Shown here piece after piece: positions 36,301 through 45,772 of a stretch of DNA of 64,000 nt. The notes beneath the pieces are model-generated. The model searched no databases and was not told the origin of the DNA. It worked only from the letters and a program-made list of their open reading frames with translations. Both the position numbers and the translations under genes were made by a program. Every line of letters begins with the position of its first letter. Position 1 is the first letter of the stretch. The stretch covers positions 1 to 64,000 of IMG/VR virus record IMGVR_UViG_3300044647_001578; one strand, written 5' to 3'. This DNA is from a virus (lineage: Duplodnaviria > Caudoviricetes).

Positions 36301-36637
36301 TCCAAGCAAGCTCTTGCAGAATATTTATATTCTCCAACCCCTTTTTATTTTTCGCTAGCAAAATAATATGGTTATAGGCCTGAATAGACTTATCCGTTTT
36401 AGAGGATCTATCAAACCTATCTGTTGGAGAAATGTACGCCTCAACACCAAGAATTGGCTTAATGCCAGTTTCCTTTGCGGCAATTTGCATATCTCTATGT
36501 GATGAGAGAGTACCATGGTCTGTAATTGCAATCGCAGTTTGCCCAGCATCTAACGCCGCTTGGCATAATTCTTTAGGTGAATTTAGTCCATCCATTAATG
36601 AATAGTATGAATGAACATGTAGGTGTGTAAAGCTCAT
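33368..36637 (-). CDS. dnaE: DNA polymerase III alpha subunit
   Basis: PHP HLHVHS..S..DG, GRGSAAGS, PDIDTDF, YSFNRSHA. Confidence 0.97.
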   Translation of the reverse strand: MSFTHLHVHSYYSLMDGLNSPKELCQAALDAGQTAIAITDHGTLSSHRDMQIAAKETGIKPILGVEAYISPTDRFDRSSKTDKSIQAYNHIILLAKNKKGLENINILQELAWNEGFYHKPRIDREVLKEYAEGIIVLSGCLNGLISKCIEKGELGEARLILKDFKQTFQEDFYVEVQSHNPPEINAALLDLADELKIKAVATGDAHFAKEEDRILEEALLILSTSPKADKDMDFDMSRNMKDMLDRFNYLYPDRRISFQDMNLFIQSRSEIEADFNKAGINRTDIYDNTMEIADKVGDYDFYQGLDLLPVPKTDADERLRELAEKGLERLQKASDPIYTDRLNEELGIIAKKNFASYFLVVGDMINWAKENNIMVGPGRGSAAGSLVCYTLGITDVDPIKYDLLFFRFINEERNDFPDIDTDFEDRRRKEVKDYLKKRFKHVASISTYTYFKDKGVVRDAARVFMVPLQEVNRALKSVDTFEDFIDSPNTKEFRMRYPEVVWLADRLRGRIRSVGVHAAGVVVAKDDLRKFAPVESREDSQDKVSGRIPVVAYDMDTVADIGLIKLDALGLKTLSVISDTLKSIKDRHGKTINLSEMTMDDANVYKMLNDGYTKGVFQAEATPYTNLLIKMGIDKFEDLAASNALVRPGAMNTVGAAYISRKNGNEAVDYMHTIMKPFTENTYGVIIYQEQVMQACVHLGGMTWAEADKVRKIIGKKKDAKEFDQFKDKFIAGASEHITKKKAEALWHDFEAHAGYSFNRSHAVAYSMLSYYTAWLKFYYPLEFMFSILKNENDKDARTEYLIESKRLGLKVLLPHINESQVYFSLQDNAIRFGLAEVKFISDSIANKIIERRPFSDYADFIDKASKKGSGINSRAIAALNSIGGAAFTDNKRQGNEKDNYYEYLGIPTFNLEGIPPRIKAQARPIEEFDDLGSFVMFGMVKSIKRGNGWARVELVDETGSVGLFHTEQTQIETGQMYFVLVGDNRISRYIKVSDINPDSNDLFVDYLYRKSYDLEEDEYIVVNFTPYTTKAGKQMSHIVLSDRDKKLTRAIAFPAMYKMTLAKMREGMKCKVTLAKLDDGTLNIKEIR

Positions 36638-36843
36638 TAATATCCGCCCATGCATTCATTTCTTGTATGATAAAGTCTTATCTTAGTCATAGTCTTTTTG
36701 TTTGGTGCGTAAAGCTCTTCTCCACAACATGCAGTTTTTAAATACCATTCTCTTGCAAAGAAGTCGTAAAGCATTCCTTTGTAATCCTTATACTTGTGCG
36801 CCACAAAAGTATCAAAAGGATCTGGTATCTCGTATGTGTTCAT
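36637..36843 (-). CDS. hypothetical protein
   Basis: TTGACT-17-TAGAAT-6 nt-ATG; coupled to dnaE. Confidence 0.7.
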   Translation of the reverse strand: MNTYEIPDPFDTFVAHKYKDYKGMLYDFFAREWYLKTACCGEELYAPNKKTMTKIRLYHTRNECMGGY

Positions 36844-36865
36844 ATAAGCATTCTACTAAATAACT

Positions 36866-36891
36866 CAGGGGCAGTCAATAGACTGCCCCTG
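36866..36891 (-). terminator. terminator-like hairpin containing the next -35
   Basis: CAGGGGCAGTC-AATA-GACTGCCCCTG. Confidence 0.7.
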
Positions 36892-36903
36892 GTATTTAAT
36901 TAT

Positions 36904-37575
36904 TTACCAGTCTAAGTTGCTACTTGTGGCTGAAGGCTCATCTGAATGAGTACTTTCACCAGCAAAGAAAGCTTCCTGTTCTGTGTAAGGCATGTCACGA
37001 ACTGCTGCTGTTTCAAGCTCAAACAGTTCTAGCGACGAAGCATCGAATGGCGCCTCATCTTTTGCTAAAGGAATGATTGTGTAACTTGTGTCTGTCTTTG
37101 TTCCAGAACGCTTAACACGCCACATCAGATTAGTGATGCTTCCCATTTCGCCAGCATATTCAATTAGTGTTGGAGTAATTGTTTTACCGCTTGACCCCTG
37201 AGAAAGAATAGCCACATATGGATCTTCCTTGCCATCGTCAACAAGAACATTAATGTAAAGTCGTGAACGACCCTTCCATCCCGCCTTGTAATCTTTACGG
37301 TGTTGTTCACATCCGTAGCACTTGCCTTGGTCTTCCATTGTGCAAAGACCCTTACGGCGATAATCTTTTGGATTTGTGTGCTCTACAGCAATAAATCCAA
37401 GACCAGCCTTTTCGTTGTATGTTGGTGAGTCTGGATCTAGTTCCTGCAAGAAACGAATCTTTACGCTTTCTGCATCCTCTAGCTTTACCCAGCGACCCTT
37501 TGTGCCTTCGCCACCACTTGATTGTGGTTTGTCCATAACTTTATTAAGATCTTTTAGACCTTTTACTATTCCCAT
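36904..37575 (-). CDS. single-stranded DNA-binding protein (gp32-like)
   Basis: KIRFL, H...C...CxxC, acidic tail ending in W; replication context. Confidence 0.7.
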   Translation of the reverse strand: MGIVKGLKDLNKVMDKPQSSGGEGTKGRWVKLEDAESVKIRFLQELDPDSPTYNEKAGLGFIAVEHTNPKDYRRKGLCTMEDQGKCYGCEQHRKDYKAGWKGRSRLYINVLVDDGKEDPYVAILSQGSSGKTITPTLIEYAGEMGSITNLMWRVKRSGTKTDTSYTIIPLAKDEAPFDASSLELFELETAAVRDMPYTEQEAFFAGESTHSDEPSATSSNLDW

Positions 37576-37617
37576 ATGTTTCTCCCTTGTAGTTGATGGT
37601 ATAAATCCATCTGTTTA

Positions 37618-38622
37618 TTATTTTTGATGGGTCCAAGATTGATATTCAATATTGGAAACTGCGTTTTTAATACAGGCTTTAATTTCCTCTTCGGTCAAAT
37701 CGCCAGCATCTTTTGCATCATGTGGATATATCTTACCATATTCATACGAAGCCCACAAGAGGTCTTTATTCTTTAATCTAGAGGCAATGCTATTGGCAAG
37801 CTCACGACCAGCGTGGTCAGCATCAGTCATTAAAGTAACTTTATTAAAATATCTATTTATTAATGCAATATTTTCTGTGGATATATGCCCGCCAAGTGTT
37901 GCAATAACATTGGGGAATCCCGCCTGATGAACACGGATTGCATCAAAGCTAGACTCTACAATAATAACATTGTCACCTATTTTTTTAGCACGGTGAATGT
38001 TAAACATAGTCTTGCTTCTGGGGAGGTTGGTACTGTTTTTAAATTTCTTTTCTGAAATAGATCTGCCTACGATGCCTACTGCAAGTCCGTCTGGGCTATG
38101 TACTGGAACTGTTACCATATCCTGCTTTGGAGAATAGCCTAAAGAGAAATGGGCAATTGAAGACATATCGATTCCTCTAGACTTAAAGTAGTCTTGTGCT
38201 TCTTTGCTTGCAACTAAATCATTATATAGATTCTTTAGTATCTCTTCTGGAAACTCTACGAAGTCTGGCTTGTCTTCTAGAATATCGTTTAGAAGATCAT
38301 CAAAGTTTTCTAATGTCTCCGCTTCTTTTGAATAGACATATCTCATGGCCTCAAAGTCATTCTTATGCAAAACTCTTTTAACTAGTTCTATTAATGATCC
38401 AGTTTCACCACACGATGGATTAAAGCATAGCCATGCCCCAGTTGTTTTACTAATACTACAACTTGCGCTGTGTCGGTTGGAATGAAATGGGCAGTAAAAA
38501 GAAACCTCTATGTCTGTTTCACCAGCTACCTGTAAGCCAAGGCTCTTTACAATTGCCTTTATATGTTGCTTAGAGTATTGCGTGGTATCAGCTTTCCTTG
38601 CGTAATTGCTTCGTGCCGCCAT
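37618..38622 (-). CDS. dnaG: DNA primase
   Basis: CPFH...C....C Zn finger; TOPRIM VESSFD, DADHAG. Confidence 0.9.
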   Translation of the reverse strand: MAARSNYARKADTTQYSKQHIKAIVKSLGLQVAGETDIEVSFYCPFHSNRHSASCSISKTTGAWLCFNPSCGETGSLIELVKRVLHKNDFEAMRYVYSKEAETLENFDDLLNDILEDKPDFVEFPEEILKNLYNDLVASKEAQDYFKSRGIDMSSIAHFSLGYSPKQDMVTVPVHSPDGLAVGIVGRSISEKKFKNSTNLPRSKTMFNIHRAKKIGDNVIIVESSFDAIRVHQAGFPNVIATLGGHISTENIALINRYFNKVTLMTDADHAGRELANSIASRLKNKDLLWASYEYGKIYPHDAKDAGDLTEEEIKACIKNAVSNIEYQSWTHQK

Positions 38623-38849
38623 GCCTTCTTCTTTCCTACGTAAGTGCCATAGAGTGTCATTAAGAACATCCATGTTGTGCCATCAAATTCTACCGAAAAG
38701 TTGGTGTCTATGTCAAGTACCCTAAGATACCCTTTGTCTCTCATCTGGTGCGTAAGCATGCTTTCATATTGATGCTTAATGCGAACCATATCAGAGTCAT
38801 CTAAAAATTCAACTCTAACTTGGAATCTTTTTATCGGTTTGTGATTCAT
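38559..38849 (-). CDS. hypothetical protein
   Basis: Overlaps helicase and primase ends. Confidence 0.65.
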   Translation of the reverse strand: MNHKPIKRFQVRVEFLDDSDMVRIKHQYESMLTHQMRDKGYLRVLDIDTNFSVEFDGTTWMFLMTLYGTYVGKKKAWRHEAITQGKLIPRNTLSNI

Positions 38850-40077
38850 TATTTTGGAAAGGATTCTCATAAATTTCTTTGACGATACCCCTGTTGATAT
38901 CCCAATCTAAGTATAAACCAAATTCATGTCCATGTCGATTTTTACGTGAGACAATCTCAATCATATTAGTGCCTGGATATCTATGAACAGCCATAGCCAT
39001 ATCAGCATCATACTCAATAGCCTTTGACCAAGCCACCTGAGACATCATTGGAGGGTTGTCCTGATCCGAAACATCATCCGCAGTCGCTGCTGTGATATCA
39101 ATAATAGGAATATTGTTTGAGACTGCAAGCATCTTAAACTCACGAGAAACATTTCTGTTTCTTTCAACTTCAGAGTTACTTCTTTTATTATCATTAAACA
39201 GCTGATGGTAATCAAGGATAACTATATCTGGTTTGTGCTGATCTATCTTGCCCTGAATAGTTGCTGGTGTTACTTCGGTATTGCCCTCATTTGAAATAAG
39301 GATAAAACTATTCTTGTCAGCAAATTTCTTTGAAGACCATGAACGGAAGTCATCAATATTAATGTCTCCCTTAGAAAAATCAGACGCTTTAAATAAACCA
39401 GACCCTAGCATTGTATAAATACGATCACGCATATTCTCTGGTGACATCTCAAGAGAAACAATCATTGGCTTAAATCCTTGTTCCCAGGCCTTACACGCAA
39501 GGTAAGAAGTAAACCACGTCTTACCACGCCCTGGCCAGCCGATAGCGACTATAAGGTGTCCTGGAGCCATACCTGTTGGGTATGCCAAGTCTATGGCCTC
39601 AAAACCTGTTTTGATGCCTGGAGAACCACCCATTTCAGCAGAGCGCACTCTCAATAGCTCCATATGTCTAATTGCTGCTTCGGCATCTGTAATGTCTAAG
39701 TCTCGAACATTATTTGTAAATCTACTAAGGCCAGCTAATTGAGACTGCATATTTTCAAGAACTCTTGAGGCTGCATCTTCTTTTAAGGATGAGCCAGCAC
39801 GAAGAATAATAGTCTTAAGCTTGTTTGAAATAAATTCATTTTTAAGTGTATCTAAATAGTATCCTGTCTGGCCTTTAACATCTACTGGCTCAAAGTCTTT
39901 GAATTTTTCCTGAAGGATTCCTGCCTCTGGTACTGCTTTAAACTTATAGTAATATGACTTAAGGCCATCCCAAATATCTTTATGTGATGTAAACAGATCG
40001 TCTACGTTATCCGCAAGGAGTGTACTAATGTCTTTATTCTTGCATACCGCTGAGATTAACTCTGCTTCTGTATTCAC
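38815..40077 (-). CDS. dnaB: DnaB-like replicative helicase
   Basis: GWPGRGKT, SLEM, ILDY, IEYDAD, KNRHG. Confidence 0.92.
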   Translation of the reverse strand: MNTEAELISAVCKNKDISTLLADNVDDLFTSHKDIWDGLKSYYYKFKAVPEAGILQEKFKDFEPVDVKGQTGYYLDTLKNEFISNKLKTIILRAGSSLKEDAASRVLENMQSQLAGLSRFTNNVRDLDITDAEAAIRHMELLRVRSAEMGGSPGIKTGFEAIDLAYPTGMAPGHLIVAIGWPGRGKTWFTSYLACKAWEQGFKPMIVSLEMSPENMRDRIYTMLGSGLFKASDFSKGDINIDDFRSWSSKKFADKNSFILISNEGNTEVTPATIQGKIDQHKPDIVILDYHQLFNDNKRSNSEVERNRNVSREFKMLAVSNNIPIIDITAATADDVSDQDNPPMMSQVAWSKAIEYDADMAMAVHRYPGTNMIEIVSRKNRHGHEFGLYLDWDINRGIVKEIYENPFQNNESQTDKKIPS

Positions 40078-40397
40078 TCTAGTCCGCCTTGCTCTACCAT
40101 CTTCTTCGTTTCTTCTAGTAACAAACGACGCTTCTCTTTATCTTTTTCAATCTCAGTTTTGACTGTATCCATCTTATCAAAGTTATACAAAAAGAACTGT
40201 ATCGTGTGGCCGTGCTTTGTAAGGTTAAAATAATACTCAAGCAATTCTTTAGCACGATCAAATCCTACACTATCAATAACATCTTGCATGGCCCATTTTT
40301 CACGGAACTTGTTTATTGATGGGGCCTTGCCATACTTCTCTTTATAAAGGTTTTGATAAAGGGAAAGCAGGATGTATGGCTCTTTACTATTTGCCAC
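40074..40397 (-). CDS. hypothetical protein
   Basis: Coupled directly upstream of helicase. Confidence 0.7.
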   Translation of the reverse strand: MANSKEPYILLSLYQNLYKEKYGKAPSINKFREKWAMQDVIDSVGFDRAKELLEYYFNLTKHGHTIQFFLYNFDKMDTVKTEIEKDKEKRRLLLEETKKMVEQGGLE

Positions 40398-40590
40398 GCT
40401 TTAGCTCTTCCTCAACCTCTTCTGTTTTTTGAATTAGTTTGTTCTCAACAAAAGTGTAGACTCTTTCTGTTGCGGCTTCTACAGTTTCTCCTTGCCTGAC
40501 ATCGTCCTCAATGCCCACGCCAATTTTAATGCTTTCATAGTTACCAAGATTTCTAGTAAATGAAAGATCGACTTTTACTCTCGTTGTCAT
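40387..40590 (-). CDS. hypothetical protein
   Basis: TRNLGNYES motif. Confidence 0.7.
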   Translation of the reverse strand: MTTRVKVDLSFTRNLGNYESIKIGVGIEDDVRQGETVEAATERVYTFVENKLIQKTEEVEEELKRGK

Positions 40591-40700
40591 TTGTGTTCCG
40601 CCTTCTTATGTCTGCTAAGTGTATCGCTGGCAAATATGCCCCATCGAACTTCTATGTCCCGTTTACAAATATCGCAAGTAACTGCCCTAATCTTTTCCAT
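40587..40700 (-). CDS. 37-aa C2H2-type micro-protein (not in ORF track)
   Basis: CDIC...HKKAEH; coupled at both ends. Confidence 0.6.
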   Translation of the reverse strand: MEKIRAVTCDICKRDIEVRWGIFASDTLSRHKKAEHK

Positions 40701-41185
40701 TACTCTGCCTTCCATACTGGAACAAACTTACCGTCTTCTGTCTTAGTATACAATACTAAGTTGTTTTTGAGAAGAGCTTGGACCTCTGCTTTTGAAGGAA
40801 CTTCTTTTGAGTGTCCTGAATCTAATATATGTTGGTGTATATCTAATATGTTTTTTTGATTAAACATATACTGTGACCAATTTTCGCTGTCTGGTTGTCC
40901 TATTGGATATATTTTTTGAGGGGTAGAAACCTTATCTCCTAGTATATATTCTTGTATCGTCACCCTATGCTTATTAAGCATAAGGGCAACTTCTACAACA
41001 GTGTATGCTGTTTCCATATTCTTTTTAACTTGAGAATATGAATACATAACTCTCTTCTTGTCTGGGTAGCACCAAGCAATCATTTCATCCTTTGATCTGG
41101 ATGACTTTAAAACCTTATGTATCTTATCGTTTAAGAAGAAATACCGTAAGCTTTTTGATTTGCCGTCTCTTTTGATTCCAGCCAT
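40700..41185 (-). CDS. putative HTH DNA-binding protein
   Basis: YTVVEVALMLNKHRVTIQEYI (MerR/Xis-like HTH). Confidence 0.6.
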   Translation of the reverse strand: MAGIKRDGKSKSLRYFFLNDKIHKVLKSSRSKDEMIAWCYPDKKRVMYSYSQVKKNMETAYTVVEVALMLNKHRVTIQEYILGDKVSTPQKIYPIGQPDSENWSQYMFNQKNILDIHQHILDSGHSKEVPSKAEVQALLKNNLVLYTKTEDGKFVPVWKAE

Positions 41186-41316
41186 TTTCCGAAAGCACTC
41201 GTTTCTTTATTGCACATCCAGCGTTTGCCGCACATGATACAGAATAATTCCATATGTAGTTTTTGAGAAAACACTCTGTCTACAAAAACTCTTCCATTAC
41301 ATTTCCCGCACCACAT
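41131..41316 (-). CDS. Zn-ribbon protein
   Basis: CGKC...CIMCG. Confidence 0.7.
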   Translation of the reverse strand: MWCGKCNGRVFVDRVFSQKLHMELFCIMCGKRWMCNKETSAFGKWLESKETANQKAYGISS

Positions 41317-42116
41317 TATAAAGTAAACAGCTTCCCGTCAACGACACATGAATAATCAGGGGCGACGTGAATCATCTGAATATGTGGGTAGTCATTAACA
41401 ATGTGAGCAATTGCAAATCCTTTTTGCCAGTCGTGATGCTGCATGTACTTCATACCTGGACCCTTTTCATCACACATATGTCCAAGCTCATAACCACGAA
41501 GTGTTTCTCCTTCGCCATTATTTCTTAACTCGTATGTTACTAAGTGTGAGGCGATTCTGTGTGAGTGCCCTCTAATTAATGAGACCTGTAGGTCTTCCAT
41601 GTCTTTACGCACAGAGCCAGTTGCTGCAATTGAAAGTCCATGGTGTACGTGGATATCTCCAAAGCGTCGCTTTGGCAATTCGTTGTAATGTATGTATTCG
41701 TATCCCAATGAGTCAAGGCCCCATAAAGCTTCTGGGGTTACTTCATTTATATAGTCAGGAAGCTTTGCATCTACATAATTAAAAATTCTAACATCGTGAT
41801 TACCAAGCGCTGAAAATAGCTGAGCTTCTGGAAGCATGTCTCTTGTCTTTGCATAGAAGTCTCTTGCGCCCTTTGCTTCGTGACGCATCATTGGAACAAT
41901 AAGATCTCGGCTATCTGTCTTATGAAGGTTTAAAAACTCTGCTGATCTTCCTTCTGTATACTTACTGTAGCATGCTTGATCATCTGTGTCTCCAAGGTAG
42001 TCAACGACATCTGGCTTAAACCACTTCATTACTTTAAACCAAAGTGCAATCATCTTGTCATCCTGATATGGGAACTGCTGGTCGGATGAAATCATCCACT
42101 TTAAATCGTTGCTCAT
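41316..42116 (-). CDS. calcineurin-like metallophosphoesterase
   Basis: SDQQ, GD, GNHD, HG, GHSH. Confidence 0.85.
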   Translation of the reverse strand: MSNDLKWMISSDQQFPYQDDKMIALWFKVMKWFKPDVVDYLGDTDDQACYSKYTEGRSAEFLNLHKTDSRDLIVPMMRHEAKGARDFYAKTRDMLPEAQLFSALGNHDVRIFNYVDAKLPDYINEVTPEALWGLDSLGYEYIHYNELPKRRFGDIHVHHGLSIAATGSVRKDMEDLQVSLIRGHSHRIASHLVTYELRNNGEGETLRGYELGHMCDEKGPGMKYMQHHDWQKGFAIAHIVNDYPHIQMIHVAPDYSCVVDGKLFTL

Positions 42117-42136
42117 TATCTGCCTTAATATGTAAA

Positions 42137-42198
42137 AAAGTCACGGGTACGTGACTTTGATGTTACATTTATTGTAACATATTGGTACAGCTTGTCAA
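42137..42198 (-). promoter_or_regulatory. promoter, operator-like palindrome and terminator hairpin ahead of the replication operon
   Basis: TTGACA-16-TACAAT; ATGTTACA-N5-TGTAACAT 42160-42180; AAAGTCACG-N4-CGTGACTTT 42137-42158 plus T-run. Confidence 0.6.
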
Positions 42199-42202
42199 TA
42201 GG

Positions 42203-42640
42203 TTATGCGGTTGCTGCCACTCCAGTAGCAAATACAATAACCTTAATTGTAGATGCAGTTGCTGATCTAAACAGAACAAAAGCTGATGTTGTTGTTACTT
42301 TTGAAACCTGTGTAAATATTTGAGATTTAGCCCAAGTTGGCTGACTAATTCCTTCAATATAAAACTGAACCCATACTGCGGGTGGGGAGGCCCACTTTTG
42401 ATTTCCAAATTTAAATTCTTTTGCTTTTGGAGTTCCTGATTCTACATTGATTGATACAGGGCCAGAATTCCAGACCATAGTTGTAACTTGATCTTTCTTT
42501 CCTTCTTCTTGAGCATTTTGCAATATAATGCTTTGGGCTGTACTTTGTTTTTCTATTGTTCCTAGATCTATAATAAGGTTATTAATAATCTCTGCTGTTA
42601 CTGGGTCCCCAGGAGTTATAGCTCTTGATTTTATTGCCAT
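42203..42640 (-). CDS. tail-associated protein (H-type lectin-like C-terminus)
   Basis: GDPVT...N N-terminus; F...W..PP.V beta domain; tail context. Confidence 0.5.
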   Translation of the reverse strand: MAIKSRAITPGDPVTAEIINNLIIDLGTIEKQSTAQSIILQNAQEEGKKDQVTTMVWNSGPVSINVESGTPKAKEFKFGNQKWASPPAVWVQFYIEGISQPTWAKSQIFTQVSKVTTTSAFVLFRSATASTIKVIVFATGVAATA

Positions 42641-42643
42641 TCT

Positions 42644-42802
42644 TTACTCCTTTGGCTGTTCCGCTGGAACTTCCTGTGATTTATTTGCTTCAGCAAGCTG
42701 TGTTATTTCTGCTCTAAGGATTGCTACGTGCGTCTCATACTGTGAGACGATCTCACCGATACGCTGTTGCAAAGCCTGTACTACTAGTTCTACTTTATCC
42801 AT
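42644..42802 (-). CDS. 52-aa coiled-coil protein (not in ORF track)
   Basis: MDKVELVVQALQQRIGE...; AAGGAG RBS. Confidence 0.65.
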   Translation of the reverse strand: MDKVELVVQALQQRIGEIVSQYETHVAILRAEITQLAEANKSQEVPAEQPKE

Positions 42803-42833
42803 TATATCTCCTTGATAGATTTACAGTATACCA

Positions 42834-43037
42834 TTATGGCGCATTACTGTCTAGCCCATTTAAGGCTTTATACGATTCTGTTGTCATTTCTTCATCTGTA
42901 ATTCCATCGTGCCTTACAAAAACTTCTGTTAGCAAGGAGCCACAATCTGGGCAGTTTGCATAAGCAAAGCTTGAATCTACAGATGATGCGTAAAGTTCTT
43001 TATCATCTATACAGACCGCACAAAAAAACTTAAACAT
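42834..43037 (-). CDS. small Zn-ribbon protein
   Basis: CAVC...CPDC, coupled to fibre gene. Confidence 0.6.
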   Translation of the reverse strand: MFKFFCAVCIDDKELYASSVDSSFAYANCPDCGSLLTEVFVRHDGITDEEMTTESYKALNGLDSNAP

Positions 43038-45772
43038 TATCTTGCCTCCAATTCCAATATTTTTTGTTCCATGGCTTCAACCTTTTCTTTTAGCTCTCTA
43101 ACTATTGGTATTAAAAGCATTGGTATTTTTTGTTCATTTTTAAGTGATGTTGGCTCTCCGTTTAAATTTCTTTGCACAAATAGTCCTAGTCCCGCATCTT
43201 CTAAGTCTTCTACGATTGGTCCAAATCCATGCTGCCCCCATACGCTTGAATCTGTTTCTGGGTGATTATGCTTGTAGGTATAGAATGCTGGATTTATATC
43301 AAGAACTCTGTCATAATATGTTTTTGGAGCGTATGTAATATTTTCTTTAAATCTTCTTGAAGATGTATCAGCTACAAGGCCTCCTCCTGCTATGTACCTG
43401 TAGTCTCTTGCTCTAACATCATTTCTAATTTCAGCAGCGTAACTTCTTTGCGAGGAATCTGCTGCAAATCTAAATGTCTTGGTTTTAGTGTTAACATAAA
43501 AAGATGATCCAGGAACAGTTGTATCCTGCCCAGCTATAAAGGCATACGTTCCAGTTGAATAGCTACCGCTTTCCCAGCCAAAATGCATTATTGTATCGTT
43601 AGAAGGATTTTGAAATAAAATTCTAGGCCCTACTGATGTATCTGCGTATAGGTCTGAGGCTGAGCTAATATTAAACCCAGCTATCTTTCCGCTTGTAGCA
43701 GTAATTGCTCCTCTTAATGATAATGCTCCAGATGAAGATAGACTAAATGTATTTACGTTTCCTGAGTAGGCTTTAATTCCAGTATTATCTATAAAAAGTC
43801 CGTTGCTTGTATCGCCAACTACTTTTAACGTACTTAATTCAATAGAACCAGTTACTATCTTTGCGCCCTCAATTTTTGTAACATTGTTATTTATGGCAGA
43901 TGCAACTTCGGTGGCAGCAACTTTTAAAGCTACCGCATTATTAGTGTTGGTTATTTTGAGCTCTGCAGCCGTAACGCCATCGGCTGCGGCAACTGCTTTG
44001 TCATAAGCCAAGTCAGCTCTAGCTTTTGCTGTATTAGCTTTAGTAGTTGCATCGGTTGCTGCTGCTGCAATAGCTGCTGCTTTAGCAGCATCGGCTCTTG
44101 CTTGTGCATCGGCTGCTGCTGCGCTTGTTGTTGGATATCCTCCAATTATTGCTCCTGCGGCGTACAGTATACCTTCTTTTGAAACCCTAAAATTAGCATT
44201 TGCGGCAACTTGAGATCCAACCCACAATCTATAGTCTGGGTCTGAGCCGCTTAGCTTTACAATAGATGGAAGTGTAGCAGTTGTATCTCCTAAAGTTATG
44301 TTTCCGCTGCTTTCAATTTTTGTATTAGAGCTTTGAATATATCCATCTGTTTGCGATGTTGCATTAATTGTCCAACCACCTACGAATCCTTTACGAGCAT
44401 CTATCAATCCATCTGACGCTTGAATGAAAACGCTCTGTGCTCCAGCCGCATCGTGTGCGTACAAGCCACCAGATTGCATTACAACTCTTGCTCCAGACAC
44501 CGACCCGTCTGCTGCAAATGTTCCACCAGCAATTATGCTTCCTGTAGTTACTCTAAGATTTCCAGTAAATGTTCCGCCAGTTGCATTTATTTTACCAGTT
44601 GTATATACGTCCGATCCGTCCCAATATAAAAATGAGCTTGCGCTTCCAACTCTAAACTGTCCCGTATTTAACCAGTAGTTGTGCCCGAAGTTTGTTGTTG
44701 ATCTATCTAATATAATTCCGTTGTATGTGCCAGCTGTTTGTGTTGGAGTAATTGTATTAGATGTATTTATAGATTGCGTAATGCCTGTTCCTATTTTAAA
44801 TAGGTCTGCTGTCTTCCCGCCAATAGATAATATAGATCTTAATTGGACATTGCCTGCTGGGGCATTAGGGTCTGAGACGGGGCCAAAACTTCCAGACGCA
44901 ACTTGTCCCGCAACTCCAGTGTTCCAAGAAATACTGTTGAACGGGCTCTTTGCTGTGACTTGCCAATAGTAAACTGTATTTGGAGTTAAGCCTGTTATAG
45001 AAAAATTTGTTGTTGCTTTGCCGTCTACCTGCCCATATTCCCATAATGGATTTGTAACTGTTGCAGGATTATTTGGAGACCATCTAATTACATAGCCATT
45101 TGTATCTGCGTCTGTACTTGCAGTCCAAGATACATCAATTTTTATACTAAATCCACTCTTATCTTCAGGATCAATTGAAGGAGTTACAGCTACACCAGTT
45201 GGCGCTTTAGGAACTTTTGTTGTGTCTATTTCAGAATTAAGAATCTCTACAGGCCCCGCCGTTACTTCTGATATATTTAGATCATCCCACCTATCTCTTG
45301 ATCTAACCTTTACCCATCTTGGGGCATAGCTTGATGCTTGAATAGTAACGTTAGTTGAAGTTCCAACATAAACAATATTCTGGACAGCAAAATCACTTGT
45401 AAGACTTTCAAATATAACTACATCATCTTGTGTGCTCAATGGATTTATAGTAAATTTAACTCCATAGGATTTAAATCCTGAAGTTAGAGTTAAGCCTTGG
45501 ACTGGTAGTGTTCCATTTTCTATTACATGATTTACTAAGTATGCAGGCGATCTTTCACTTTCAGTTATTAACTTTGTTTCTTCGTCTTCGTGTAAATATG
45601 TGAAAAAAAACTTATACGTTTTATCTTTTACTGGGACCATTCTTATTGTTTTGGTATACGAGTTTGCAGATGTTGATTTAGCTTTTTCTGCAGCGGCGTT
45701 TGGATCTGTTTCAAGATCAGCTGGGATTGATTCGCCGCCACCATCAGTCATCATTGGGCCCGTATATCTCAT
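43037..45772 (-). CDS. tail fibre/spike with FN3 domain and C-terminal S74 chaperone
   Basis: FN3 (W...GY.IRW...GLTPNT.Y), G.I.G[FW].I repeats, SSRRFKENI...G.I.E plus coiled coil. Confidence 0.85.
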   Translation of the reverse strand: MRYTGPMMTDGGGESIPADLETDPNAAAEKAKSTSANSYTKTIRMVPVKDKTYKFFFTYLHEDEETKLITESERSPAYLVNHVIENGTLPVQGLTLTSGFKSYGVKFTINPLSTQDDVVIFESLTSDFAVQNIVYVGTSTNVTIQASSYAPRWVKVRSRDRWDDLNISEVTAGPVEILNSEIDTTKVPKAPTGVAVTPSIDPEDKSGFSIKIDVSWTASTDADTNGYVIRWSPNNPATVTNPLWEYGQVDGKATTNFSITGLTPNTVYYWQVTAKSPFNSISWNTGVAGQVASGSFGPVSDPNAPAGNVQLRSILSIGGKTADLFKIGTGITQSINTSNTITPTQTAGTYNGIILDRSTTNFGHNYWLNTGQFRVGSASSFLYWDGSDVYTTGKINATGGTFTGNLRVTTGSIIAGGTFAADGSVSGARVVMQSGGLYAHDAAGAQSVFIQASDGLIDARKGFVGGWTINATSQTDGYIQSSNTKIESSGNITLGDTTATLPSIVKLSGSDPDYRLWVGSQVAANANFRVSKEGILYAAGAIIGGYPTTSAAAADAQARADAAKAAAIAAAATDATTKANTAKARADLAYDKAVAAADGVTAAELKITNTNNAVALKVAATEVASAINNNVTKIEGAKIVTGSIELSTLKVVGDTSNGLFIDNTGIKAYSGNVNTFSLSSSGALSLRGAITATSGKIAGFNISSASDLYADTSVGPRILFQNPSNDTIMHFGWESGSYSTGTYAFIAGQDTTVPGSSFYVNTKTKTFRFAADSSQRSYAAEIRNDVRARDYRYIAGGGLVADTSSRRFKENITYAPKTYYDRVLDINPAFYTYKHNHPETDSSVWGQHGFGPIVEDLEDAGLGLFVQRNLNGEPTSLKNEQKIPMLLIPIVRELKEKVEAMEQKILELEAR

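Noticed and set aside
24225-40077. Inteins or introns in terL, recA, dnaE and dnaB
   Set aside because: Lengths are ordinary, and no splice-junction or LAGLIDADG motifs were seen.
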